Source: Eledone cirrhosa
Lineage: Eukaryota
Direction of reading: 5' to 3'
Assembly (NCBI GenBank): GCA_964016885.1
Contig: OZ024742.1
Location: 369,334,001 to 369,398,000 of the forward strand
Length of the DNA: 64,000 nucleotides
Shown here one piece after another: positions 46,601 through 61,600 of this stretch. The notes beneath the pieces are model-generated. The model saw only the letters and a program-made list of their open reading frames with translations. It was not told the origin of the DNA and searched no databases. Made by a program: the position numbers and the translations under genes. Position 1 is the first letter of the stretch. Each line of letters begins with the position of its first letter.

Positions 46601-49600
46601 CCATATTATATCTGTTGGCCAGTGATGTCTGGTCTATATACAGTGATATGAGCAACTCTACAGATGTCATGTTCAAATGTTGTATGATCACCATATTATA
46701 TCTGTTGGCCAGCGATGTCTGGTCTATATACAGTGTTATGAGCAACTCTACAGATGTCATGTTCAAATGTTGTATGATCACCATATTATATCTGTTGACC
46801 AGTGATGTCTTGTCTATATACAGTGTTATGAGCAACTGTACAGATGTCATGTTCAAATGTTGTATGATCACCACATTATATCTGTTGGCCATTGATGTCT
46901 GGTCTATATACAGTGTTATGAACAACTCTACAGATCTCTTGTTCAAATGTTGTATGATCACCATATTATATATATTGGCCAGTGATGTCTGGTCTATATA
47001 CAGTGTTATGAGCAACTGTACAGATGTCATATTCAAATGTTGTATGATCACCATATTATATCTGTTGGCCAGTGATGTCTGGTCTATATACGGTGTTATG
47101 AGCAACTCTACAGATCGCATGTTCAAATGTTGTATGATCACCATATTATATCTGTTGGCCAGTGATGTCTGGTCTATATACAGTGTTATGAGCAACTGTA
47201 CAGATGTCATGTTCAAATGTTGTATGATCACCATATTATATCTGTTGGCCAGTGATGTCGGGTTTATATACAGTGTTATGAGCAACTCTACAGATCTCTT
47301 GTTCAAATGTTGTATGATCACCATATTATATCTGTTGGCCAGTGATGTCTGGTCTATATACAGTGACATGAGCAACTGTACAGATGTCATGTTCAAATGT
47401 TGTATGATCACCATATTATATCTGTTGGCCAGTGATGTCTGGTCTATATACAGTGTTATGAGCAACTCTACAGATGTCATGTTCAAATGTTGTATGATCA
47501 CCATATTATATCTGTTGACCAGTGATGTCTGGTCTATATACAGTGATATGAGCAACTCTACAGATGTCATGTTCAAATGTTGTATGATCACCATATTATA
47601 TCTGTTGGCCAGTGATGTCTGGTCTACATACAGTGTTATGAGCAACTCTACAGATGTCATGTACAAATGTTGTATGATCACCATATTATATCTGTTGGCC
47701 AGTGATGTCTGGTCTATATACAGTGATATGAGCAACTCTACAGATGTCATGTTCAAATGTTGTATGATCACCATATTATATTTGTTGGCCAGTGATGTCT
47801 GGTCTATATACAGTGTCATGAGCAACTGTACAGATGTCATGTTCAAATGTTGTATGATCACCATATTATATCTGTTGGCCAGTGATGTCTGGTCTATATA
47901 CAGTGTTATGAGCAACTCTAAAGATCTCATGTTCAAATTTTATATGATCACCATATTATATCTGTTGGTCAGTGATGTCTGGTCTATATACAGTGTTATG
48001 AGCAACTCTACAGATGTCATGTTCAAATGTTGTATGATCACCATATTATATCTGTTGGCCAGTGATGTCTGGTCTATATACAGTGTTATGAGCAACTCTA
48101 AAGATCTCATGTTCAAATGTTATATGAACACCATATTATATCTGTTGGCCAGTGATGTCTGGTCTATATACAGTGTTATGAGCAACTCTACAGATGTCAT
48201 GTTCAAATGTTGTATGATCACCATATTATATCTGTTGGCCAGTGATGTCTGGTCTATATACAGTGATATGAGCAACTCTACAGATCTCATGTTCAAATGT
48301 TGTATGATCACCATATTATATCTGTTGGCCAGTGATGTCTGGTCTATATACAGTGATATGAGCAACTCTACAGATGTCATGTTCAAATGTTGTATGATCA
48401 CCATATTATATCTGTTGGCCAGTGATGTCTGGTCTATATACAGTGTTATGAGCAACTCTACAGATCTCATGTTCAAATGTTGTATGATCACCATATTATA
48501 TCTGATGGCCAGTGATGCCTGGTCTATATACAGTGTAATGAGCAACTCTACAGATGTCATGTTCAAATGTTGTATGATCACCATATTATATCTGTTGGCC
48601 AGTGATGTCTGGTCTATATACAGTGTTATGAGCAACTCTACAGATCTCATGTTCAAATGTTGTATGATCACCATATTATATCTGTTGGCCAGTGGTGCCT
48701 GGTCTATATACAGTGTTATGAGCAACTATACAGATGTCATGTTCAAATGTTGTATGATCACCATATTATATCTGTTGGCCAGTGATGTCTGGTCTATATA
48801 CAGTGTTATGAGCAACTCTACAGATCGCATGTTCAAATGTTGTATGATCACCATATTATATCTGTTGGCCAGTGATGTCTGGTCTATATACAGTGTTATG
48901 AGCAACTGTACAGATGTCATGTTCAAATGTTGTATGATCACCATATTATATCTGTTGGCCAGTGATGTCTGGTCTATATACAGTGTTATGAGCAACTCTA
49001 CAGATCTCTTGTTCAAATGTTGTATGATCACCATATTATATCTGTTGGCCAGTGATGTCTGGTCTATATACAGTGACATGAGCAACTCTACAGATGTCAT
49101 GTTCAAATGTTGTGTGATCACCATATTATATCTGTTGGCCAGTGATGTCTGGTCTATATACAGTGATATGAGCAACTCTACAGATGTCATGTTTAAATGT
49201 TGTATGATCACCATATTATATCTGTTGGCCAGTGATGTCTGGTCTACATACAGTGTTATGAGCAACTCTACAGATGTCATGTACAAATATTGTATGATCA
49301 CCATATTATATCTGTTGGCCAGTGATGTCTGGTCTATATACAGTGTTATGAGCAACTGTACAGATGTCATGTTCAAATGGTGTATGATCACCATATTATA
49401 TCTGTTGGCCAGCGATGTCTGGTCTATATACAGTGTTATGAGCAACTCTACAGATCTCTTGTTCAAATGTTGTATGATCACCATATTATATCTGTTGGCC
49501 AGTGATGTCTGGTCTATATCCAGTGTTATGAGCAACTCTACAGATGTCATGTTCAAATGTTGTATGATCACCATATTATATCTGTTGGCCAGTGATGTTT

Positions 49601-52600
49601 GGTCTATATACAGTGTTATGAGCAACTCTACAGATCTCATGCTCAAATGTTGTATGATCACCATATTATATCTGTTGGCCAGTGATGTCTGGTCTATATA
49701 CAGTGTTATGAGCAACTGTACAGATCTCATGTTCAAATTTTGTATGATCACCATATTATATCTGTTGGCCAGTGATGTCTGGTCTATATACAGTGATATG
49801 AGCAACTCTACAGATGTCATGTTCAAATGTTGTATGATCACCATATTATATCTGTTGGCCAGCGATGTCTGGTCTATATACAGTGTTATGAGCAACTCTA
49901 CAGATGTCATGTTCAAATGTTGTATGATCACCATATTATATCTGTTGACCAGTGATGTCTGGTCTATATACAGTGTTATGAGCAACTGTACAGATGTCAT
50001 GTTCAAATGTTGTATGATCACCACATTATATCTGTTGGCCATTGATGTCTGGTCTATATACAGTGTTATGAACAACTCTACAGATCTCTTGTTCAAATGT
50101 TGTATGATCACCATATTATATATATTGGCCAGTGATGTCTGGTCTATATACAGTGTTATGAGCAACTGTACAGATGTCATATTCAAATGTTGTATGATCA
50201 CCATATTATATCTGTTGGCCAGTGATGTCTGGTCTATATACGGTGTTATGAGCAACTCTACAGATCGCATGTTCAAATGTTGTATGATCACCATATTATA
50301 TCTGTTGGCCAGTGATGTCTGGTCTAAATACAGTGTTATGAGCAACTGTACAGATGTCATGTTCAAATGTTGTATGATCACCATATTATATCTGTTGGCC
50401 AGTGATGTCGGGTTTATATACAGTGTTATGAGCAACTCTACAGATCTCTTGTTCAAATGTTGTATGATCACCATATTATATCTGTTGGCCAGTGATGTCT
50501 GGTCTATATACAGTGACATGAGCAACTGTACAGATGTCATGTTCAAATGTTGTATGATCACCATATTATATCTGTTGGCCAGTGATGTCTGGTCTATATA
50601 CAGTGTTATGAGCAACTCTACAGATGTCATGTTCAAATGTTGTATGATCACCATATTATATCTGTTGGCCAGTGATGTCTGGTCTATATACAGTGATATG
50701 AGCAACTCTACAGATGTCATGTTCAAATGTTGTATGATCACCATATTATATCTGTTGGCCAGTGATGTCTGGTCTACATACAGTGTTATGAGCAACTCTA
50801 CAGATGTCATGTACAAATGTTGTATGATCACCATATTATATCTGTTGGCCAGTGATGTCTGGTCTATATACAGTGATATGAGCAACTCTACAGATGTCAT
50901 GTTCAAATGTTGTATGATCACCATATTATATTTGTTGGCCAGTGATGTCTGGTCTATATACAGTGTCATGAGCAACTGTACAGATGTCATGTTCAAATGT
51001 TGTATGATCACCATATTATATCTGTTGGCCAGTGATGTCTGGTCTATATACAGTGTTATGAGCAACTCTAAAGATCTCATGTTCAAATGTTATATGATCA
51101 CCATATTATATCTGTTGGTCAGTGATGTCTGGTCTATATACAGTGTTATGAGCAACTCTACAGATGTCATGTTCAAATGTTGTATGATCACCATATTATA
51201 TCTGTTGGCCAGTGATGTCTGGTCTATATACAGTGTTATGAGCAACTCTAAAGATCTCATGTTCAAATGTTATATGAACACCATATTATATCTGTTGGCC
51301 AGTGATGTCTGGTCTATATACAGTGTTATGAGCAACTCTACAGATGTCATGTTCAAATGTTGTATGATCACCATATTATATCTGTTGGCCAGTGATGTCT
51401 GGTCTATATACAGTGATATGAGCAACTCTACAGATCTCATGTTCAAATGTTGTATGATCACCATATTATATCTGTTGGCCAGTGATGTCTGGTCTATATA
51501 CAGTGATATGAGCAACTCTACAGATGTCATGTTCAAATGTTGTATGATCACCATATTATATCTGTTGGCCAGTGATGTCTGGTCTATATACAGTGTTATG
51601 AGCAACTCTACAGATGTCATGTTCAAATGTTGTATGATCACCATATTATATCTGTTGACCAGTGATGTCTGGTCTATATACAGTGTTATGAGCAACTGTA
51701 CAGATGTCATGTTCAAATGTTGTATGATCACCATATTATATCTGTTGGCCAGTGATGTCTGGTCTATATACAGTGTTATGAGCAACTGTACAGATCTCAT
51801 GTTCAAATGTTGTATGATCACCACATTATATCTGTTGGCCATTGATGTCTGGTCTATATACAGTGTTATGAACAACTCTACAGATCTCTTGTTCAAATGT
51901 TGTATGATCACCATATTATATATATTGGCCAGTGATGTCTGGTCTATATACAGTGTTATGAGCAACTGTACAGATGTCATATTCAAATGTTGTATGATCA
52001 CCATATTATATCTGTTGGCCAGTGATGTCTGGTCTATATACAGTGTTATGAGCAACTCTAGAGATCGCATGTTCAAATGTTGTATGATCACCATATTATA
52101 TCTGTTGGCCAGTGATGTCTGGTCTATATACAGTGTTATGAGCAACTGTACAGATGTCATGTTCAAATGTTGTATGATCACCATATTATATCTGTTGGCC
52201 AGTGATGTCGGGTTTATATACAGTGTTATGAGCAACTCTACAGATCTCTTGTTCAAATGTTGTATGATCACCATATTATATCTGTTGGCCAGTGATGTCT
52301 GGTCTATATACAGTGACATGAGCAACTGTACAGATGTCATGTTCAAATGTTGTATGATCACCATATTATATCTGTTGGCCAGTGATGTCTGGTCTATATA
52401 CAGTGTTATGAGCAACTCTACAGATGTCATGTTCAAATGTTGTATGATCACCATATTATATCTGTTGGCCAGTGATGTCTGGTCTATATACAGTGATATG
52501 AGCAACTCTACAGATGTCATGTTCAAATGTTGTATGATCACCATATTATATCTGTTGGCCAGTGATGTCTGGTCTATATACAGTGTTATGAGCAACTCTA

Positions 52601-55600
52601 CAGATGTCATGTTCAAATGTTGTATGATCACCATATTATATCTGTTGGCCAGTGATGTCTGGTCTATATACAGTGATATGAGCAACTTTACAGATGTCAT
52701 GTTCAAATGTTGTATGATCACCATATTATATCTGTTGGCCAGTGATGTCTGGTCTATATACAGTGATATGAGCAACTTTACAGATGTCATGTTCAAATGT
52801 TGTATGATCACCATATTATATCTGTTGGCCAGTGATGTCTGCTCTATATACAGTGTTATGAGCAACTGTACAGATCTCATGTTCAAATGTTGTATGATCA
52901 CCATATTATATCTGTTGGCCAGTGATGTCTGGTCTATATACAGTGTTATGAGCAACTCTACAGATGTCATGTTCAAATGTTGTATGATCACCATATTATA
53001 TCTGTTGGCCAGTGATGTCTGGTCTATATACAGTGATATGAGCAACTTTACAGATGTCATGTTCAAATGTTGTATGATCACCATATTATATCTGTTGGCC
53101 AGTGATGTCTGGTCTATATACAGTGTTATGAGCAACTCTACAGATCTCATGTTCAAATGTTGTATGATCACCATATTATATCTGTTGGCCAGTGGTGCCT
53201 GCTCTATATACAGTGTTATGAGCAACTGTACAGATGTCATGTTCAAATGTTGTATGATCACCATATTATATCTGTTGGCCAGTGATGTCTGGTCTATATA
53301 CAGTGTTATGAGCAACTCTACAGATCGCATGTTCAAATGTTGTATGATCACCATATTATATCTGTTGGCCAGTGATGTCTGGTCTATATACAGTGTTATG
53401 AGCAACTGTACAGATGTCATGTTCAAATGTTGTATGATCACCATATTATATCTGTTGGCCAGTGATGTCTGGTCTATATACAGTGTTATGAGCAACTCTA
53501 CAGATCTCTTGTTCAAATGTTGTATGATCACCATATTATATCTATTGGCCAGTGATGTCTGGTCTATATACAGTGACATGAGCAACTCTACAGATGTCAT
53601 GTTCAAATGTTGTATGATCACCATATTATATCTGTTGGCCAGTGATGTCTGGTCTATATACAGTGATATGAGCAACTCTACAGATGTCATGTTTAAATGT
53701 TGTATGATCACCATATTATATCTGTTGGCCAGTGATGTCTGGTCTACATACAGTGTTATGAGCAACTCTACAGATGTCATGTACAAATGTTGTATGATCA
53801 CCATATTATATCTGTTGGCCAGTGATGTCTGGTCTATATACAGTGTTATGAGCAACTGTACAGATGTCATGTTCAAATGTTGTATGATCACCATATTATA
53901 TCTGTTGGCCAGTGATGTTTGGTCTATATACAGTGTTATGAGCAACTCTACAGATCTCATGTTCAAATGTTGTATGATCACCATATTATATCTGTTGGCC
54001 AGTGATGTCTGGTCTATATACAGTGTTATGAGCAACTGTACAGATCTCATGTTCAAATTTTGTATGATCACCATATTATATCTGTTGGCCAGTGATGTCT
54101 GGTCTATATACAGTGATATGAGCAACTCTACAGATGTCATGTTCAGATGTTGTATGATCACCATATTATATCTGTTGGCCAGTGATGTCTGGTCTATATA
54201 CAGTGTTATGAGCAACTCTACAGATGTCATGTTCAAATGTTGTATGATCACCATATTATATCTGTTGACCAGTGATGTCTGGTCTATATACAGTGTTATG
54301 AGCAACTGTACAGATGTCATGTTCAAATGTGTTATGATCACCACATTATATCTGTTGGCCATTGATGTCTGGTCTATATACAGTGTTATGAACAACTCTA
54401 CAGATCTCTTCTTCAAATGTTGTATGATCACCATATTATATATATTGGCCAGTGATGTCTGGTCTATATACAGTGTTATGAGCAACTGTACAGATGTCAT
54501 ATTCAAATGTTGTATGATCACCATATTATATCTGTTGGCCAGTGATGTCTGGTCTATATACAGTGTTATGAGCAACTCTACAGATCGCATGTTCAAATGT
54601 TGTATGATCACCATATTATATCTGTTGGCCAGTGATGTCTGGTCTATATACAGTGTTATGAGCAACTGTACAGATGTCATGTTCAAATGTTGTATGATCA
54701 CCATATTATATCTGTTGGCCAGTGATGTCGGGTTTATATACAGTGTTATGAGCAACTCTACAGATCTCTTGTTCAAATGTTGTATGATCACCATATTATA
54801 TCTGTTGGCCAGTGATGTCTGGTCTATATACAGTGACATGAGCAACTGTACAGATGTCATGTTCAAATGTTGTATGATCACCATATTATATCTGTTGGCC
54901 AGTGATGTCTGGTCTATATACAGTGTTATGAGCAACTCTACAGATGTCATGTTCAAATGTTGTATGATCACCATATTATATCTGTTGGCCAGTGATGTCT
55001 GGTCTATATACAGTGATATGAGCAACTCTACAGATGTCATGTTCAAATGTTGTATGATCACCATATTATATCTGTTGGCCAGTGATGTCTGGTCTACATA
55101 CAGTGTTATGAGCAACTCTACACATGTCATGTTCAAATGTTGTATGATCACCATATTATATCTGTTGGCCAGTGATGTCTGGTCTATATACAGTGCTATG
55201 AGCAACTGTACAGATGTCATGTTCAAATGTTGTATGATCACCATATTATATCTGTTGGCCAGTGCTGTCTGGTCTATATACAGTGTTATGAGCAACTCTA
55301 CAGATCGCATGTTCAAATGTTGTATGATCACCATATTATATCTGTTGGCCAGTGATGTCTGGTCTATATACGGTGTTATGAGCAACTGTACAGATGTCAT
55401 GTTCAAATGTTGTATGATCACCATATTATATCTGTTGGCCAGTGATGTCTGGTCTATATACAGTGTTATGAGCAGCTGTAAAGATGTCATGTTCAAATGT
55501 TGTATGATCACCATATTATATCTGTTGGCCAGTGATGTCTGGTCTATATACAGTGTTATGAGCAACTCTACAGATCTCTTGTTCAAATGTTGTATGATCA

Positions 55601-58600
55601 CCATATTATATCTGTTGGCCAGTGATGTCTGGTCTATATACAGTGACATGAGCAACTGTACAGATGTCATGTTCAAATGTTGTATGATCACCATATTATA
55701 TCTGTTGGCCAGTGATGTCTGGTCTATATACAGTGATATGAGCAACTCTACAGATGTCATGTTCAAATGTTGTATAATCACCATATTATATCTGTTGGCC
55801 AGTAATGTCTGGTCTATATACAGTGTTATGAGCAACTCTAAAGATCTCATGTTCAAATGTTATATGATCACCATATTATATCTGTTGGCCAGTGATGTCT
55901 GGTCTATATACAGTGTTATGAGCAACTCTACAGATGTCATGTTCAAATGTTGTATGATCACCATATTATATCTGTTGGCCAGTGATGTCTGGTCTATATA
56001 CAGTGATATGAGCAACTCTACAGATGTCATGTTCAAATGTTGTATGATCACCATATTATATCTGTTGGCCAGTGATGTCTGGTCTATATACAGTGATATG
56101 AGCAACTCTACAGATGTCATGTTCAAATGTTGTATGATCACCATATTATATCTGTTGGCCAGTGATGTCTGGTCTATATACAGTGTTATGAGCAACTGTA
56201 CAGATCTCATGTTCAAATGTTGTATGATCACCATATTATATCTGTTGGCCAGTGATGTCTGGTCTATATACAGTGTTATGAGCAACTCTACAGATCTCAT
56301 GTTCAAATGTTGTATGATCACCATATTATATCTGATGGCCAGTGATGCCTGGTCTATATACAGTGTAATGAGCAACTCTACAGATGTCATGTTCAAATGT
56401 TGTATGATCACCATATTATATCTGTTGGCCAGTGATGTCTGGTCTATATACAGTGTTATAAGCAACTCTACAGATCTCATGTTCAAATGTTGTATGATCA
56501 CCATATTATATCTGTTGGCCAGTGATGCCTGGTCTATATACAGTGTTATGAGCAACTCTACAGATGTCATGTTCAAATGTAGTATGATCACCATATTATA
56601 TCTGTTGGCCAGTGATGTCTGGTCTATATACAGTGTTATGAGCAACTCTACAGATCTCATGTTCAAATGTTGTATGATCACCATATTATATCTGTTGGCC
56701 AGTGATGTCTGGTCTATATACAGTGTTATGAGCAACTCTACAGATCTCTTGTTCAAATGTTGTATGATCACCATATTATATCTGTTGGCCAGTGATGTCT
56801 GGCCTATATACAGTGTTATGAGCAACTCTACAGATCTCTTGTTCAAATGTTGTATGATCACCATATTATATATATTGGCCAGTGATGTCTGGTCTATATA
56901 CAGTGTTATGAGCAACTGTACAGATGTCATGTTCAAATGTTGTATGATCACCATATTATATCTGTTGGCCAGTGATGTCTGGTCTATATACAGTGTTATG
57001 AGCAACTCTACAGATCGCATGTTCAAATGTTGTATGATCACCATATTATATCTGTTGGCCACTGATGTCTGGTCTATATACAGTGTTATGAGCAACTGTA
57101 CAGATGTCATGTTCAAATGTTGTATGATCACCATATTATATCTGTTGGCCAGTGATGTCTGGTCTATATACAGTGACATGAGCAACTGTACAGATGTCAT
57201 GTTCAAATGTTGTATGATCACCATATTATATCTGTTGGCCAGTGATGTCTGGTCTACATACAGTGTTATGAGCAACTCTACAGATGTCATGTTCAAATGT
57301 TGTATGATCACCATATTATATCTGTTGGCCAGTGATGTCTGGTCTATATACAGTGACATGAGCAACTGTACAGATGTCATGTTCAAATGTTGTATGATCA
57401 CCATATTATATCTGTTGGCCAGTGATGTCTGGTCTATATACAGTGACATGAGCAACTGTACAGATGTCATGTTCAAATGTTGTATGATCACCATATTATA
57501 TCTGTTGGCCAGTGATGTCTGGTCTATATACAGTGTTATGAGCAACTCTACAGATCGCATGTTCAAATGTTGTATGATCACCATATTATATCTGTTGGCC
57601 AGTGATGTCTGGTCTATATACAGTGTTATGAGCAACTGTACAGATGTCATGTTCAAATGTTGTATGATCACCATATTATATCTGTTGGCCAGTGATGTCT
57701 GGTCTATATACAGTGTTATGGGCAACTCTACAGATCTCTTGTTCAAATGTTGTATGATCACCATATTATATCTGTTGGCCAGTGATGTCTGGTCTATATA
57801 CAGTGACATGAGCAACTGTACAGATGTCATGTTCAAATGTTGTATGATCACCATATTATATCTGTTGGCCAGTGATGTCTGGTCTATATACAGTGATATG
57901 GGCAACTCTACAGATGTCATGTTCAAATGTTGTATGATCACCATATTATATCTGTTGGCCAGTGATGTCTGGTCTACATACAGTGTTATGAGCAACTCTA
58001 CAGATGTCATGTACAAATGTTGTATGATCACCATATTATATCTGTTGGCCAGTGATGTCTGGTCTATATACAGTGTTATGAGCAACTGTACAGATGTCAT
58101 GTTCAAATGGTGTATGATCACCATATTATATCTGTTGGCCAGTGATGTCTGGTCTATATACAGTGTTATGAGCAACTCTACAGATCTCTTGTTCAAATGT
58201 TGTATGATCACCATATTATATCTGTTGGCCAGTGATGTTTGGTCTATATACAGTGTTATGAGCAACTCTACAGATCTCATGTTCAAATGTTGTATGATCA
58301 CCATATTATATCTGTTGGCCAGTGATGTCTGGTCTATATACAGTGTTATGAGCAACTGTACAGATCTCATGTTCAAATTTTGTATGATCACCATATTATA
58401 TCTGTTGGCCAGTGATGTCTGGTCTATATACAGTGATATGAGCAACTCTACAGATGTCATGTTCAAATGTTGTATGATCACCATATTATATCTGTTGGCC
58501 AGTGATGTCTGGTCTATATACAGTGTTATGAGCAACTCTACAGATGTCATGTTCAAATGTTGTATGATCACCATATTATATCTGTTGACCAGTGATGTCT

Positions 58601-61600
58601 GGTCTATATAGAGTGATATGAGCAACTCTACAGATCTCATGTTCAAATGTTGTATGATCACCATATTATATCTGTTGGCCAGTGATGTCTGGTCTATATA
58701 CAGTGTTATGAGCAACTGTACAGATCTCATGTTCAAATGTTGTATGATCACCATATTATATCTGTTGGCCAGTGATGTCTGGTCTATATACAGTGTTATG
58801 AGCAACTCTACAGATCTCATGTTCAAATGTTGTATGATCACCATATTATATCTGTTGGCCAGTGATGCCTGGTCTATATACAGTGTAATGAACAACTCTA
58901 CAGATGTCATGTTCAAATGTTGTATGATCACCATATTATATCTGTTGGCCAGTGATGTCTGGTCTATATACAGTGTTATGAGCAACTCTACAGATCTCAT
59001 GTTCAAATGTTGTATGATCACCATATTATATCTGTTGGCCAGTGATGCCTGGTCTATATACAGTGTTATGAGCAACTCTACAGATGTCATGTTCAAATGT
59101 TGTATGATCACCATATTATATCTGTTGGCTAGTGATGTCTGGTCTATATACAGTGTTATGAGCAACTCTACAGATCTCTTGTTCAAATGTTGTATGATCA
59201 CCATATTATATCTGTTGGCCAGTGATGTCTGGTCTATATACAGTGACATGAGCAACTGTACAGATGTCATGTTCAAATGTTGTATGATCACCATATTATA
59301 TCTGTTGGCCAGTGATGTCTGGTCTATATACAGTGATATGAGCAACTCTACAGATGTCATGTTCAAATGTTGAATGATCACCATATTATATCTGTTGGCC
59401 AGTGATGTCTGGTCTATATAGAGTGTTATGAGCAACTGTACAGATGTCATGTTCAAATGGTGTATGATCACCATATTATATCTGTTGGCCAGTGATGTCT
59501 GGTCTATATACAGTGTTATGAGCAACTCTACACATGTCATGTTCAAATGTTGTATGATCACCATATTATATCTGTTGGCCAGTGATGTCTGGTCTATATA
59601 CAGTGTTATGAGCAACTCTAAAGATCTCATGTTCAAATGTTATATGATCACCATATTATATCTGTTGGCCAGTGATGTCTGGTCTATATACAGTGTTATG
59701 AGCAACTCTACAGATGTCATGTTCAAATGTTGTATGATCACCATATTATATCTGTTGGCCAGTGGTGTCTGGTCTATATACAGTGATATGAGCAACTCTA
59801 CAGATGTTATGTTCAAATGTTGTATGATCACCATATTATATCTGTTGGCCAGTGATGTCTGGTCTATATACAGTGATATGAGCAACTCTACAGATGTCAT
59901 GTTCAAATGTTGTATGATCACCATATTATATCCGTTGGCCAGTGATGTCTGGTCTATATACAGTGTTATGAGCAACTGTACAGATCTCATGTTCAAATGT
60001 TGTATGATCACCATATTATATCTGTTGGCCAGTGATGTCTGGTCTATATACAGTGTTATGAGCAACTCTACAGATCTCATGTTCAAATGTTGTATGATCA
60101 CCATATTATATCTGTTGGCCAGTGATGTCTGGTCTATATACAGTGTTATGAGCAACTCTACAGATGTCATGTTCAAATGTTGTATGATCACCATATTATA
60201 TCTGTTGACCAGTGATATCTGGTCTATATACACTGTTATGAGCAACTCTACAGATGTCATGTTCAAATGTTGTATGATCACCATATTATATCTGTTGGCC
60301 AGTGGTGTCTGGTCTATATACAGTGATATGAGCAACTCTACAGATGTCATGTTCAAATGTTGTATGATCACCATATTATATCTGTTGGCCAGTGATGTCT
60401 GGTCTATATACAGTGTTATGAGCAACTCTAAAGACCTCATGTTCAAATGTTATATGATCACCATATTATATCTGTTGGCCAGTGATGTCTGGTCTATATA
60501 CAGTGTTATGAGCAACTGTACAGATGTCATGTTCAAATGTTGTATGATCACCATATTATATCTGTAGGCCAGTATGTCTGGTCTATATACAGTGTTATGA
60601 GCAACTCTACAGATCTCATGTTCAAATGTTGTATGAAAACCATATTATATCTGTTGGCCAGTGATGTCTGGTCTATATACAGTGTTATGAGCAACTGTAC
60701 AAATGTCATGTTCAAATGTTGTATGATCACCATATTATATCTCTTGGCCAGTGATGTTTGGTCTATATACAGTGTTATTAGCAACTGTACAGATGTCATG
60801 TTCAAATGTTGTATGATCACCATATTATATCTGTTGGCCAGTGATGTCTGGTCTATATACAGTGTTATGAGCAACTCTACAGATCGCATGTTCAAATGTT
60901 GTATGATCACCATATTGTATCTGTTGGCCAGTGATGTCTGGTCTATATACTGTGTTATGAGCAACTCTACAGATCTCTTGTTCAAATCTTGTATGATCAC
61001 CATATTATATCTGTTGGCCAGTGATGTCTGGTCTATATACAGTGTTATGAGCAACTGTACATATGTCATGTTCAAATGTTGTATGATCACCATATTATGT
61101 CTGTTGGCCAGTGATGTCTGGTCTATATACAGTGTTATGAGCAACTCTACAGATGTCATGTTCAAATGTTGTATGATCACCATAATATATATATTGGCCA
61201 GTGATGTCTGGTCTATATACAGTGTTATGAGCAACTCTACAGATCGCATGTTCAAATGTTGTATGATCACCATATTATATCTGTTGGCCAGTGATGTCTG
61301 GTCTATATACAGTGTTATGAGCAACTCTACAGATGTCATGTTCAAATGTTGTATGATCACCATAATATATATATTGGCCAGTGATGTCTGGTCTATATAC
61401 AGTGTTATGAGCAACTCTACAGATCGCATGTTCAAATGTTGTATGATCACCATATTATATCTGTTGGCCAGTGATGTCTGGTCTATATACAGTGTTATGA
61501 GCAACTCTACAGATCTCATGTTCAATTGTTGTATGATCACCATATTATATCTGTTGGCCAGTGATGTCTGGTCTACATACAGTGTTATGAGCAACTCTAC

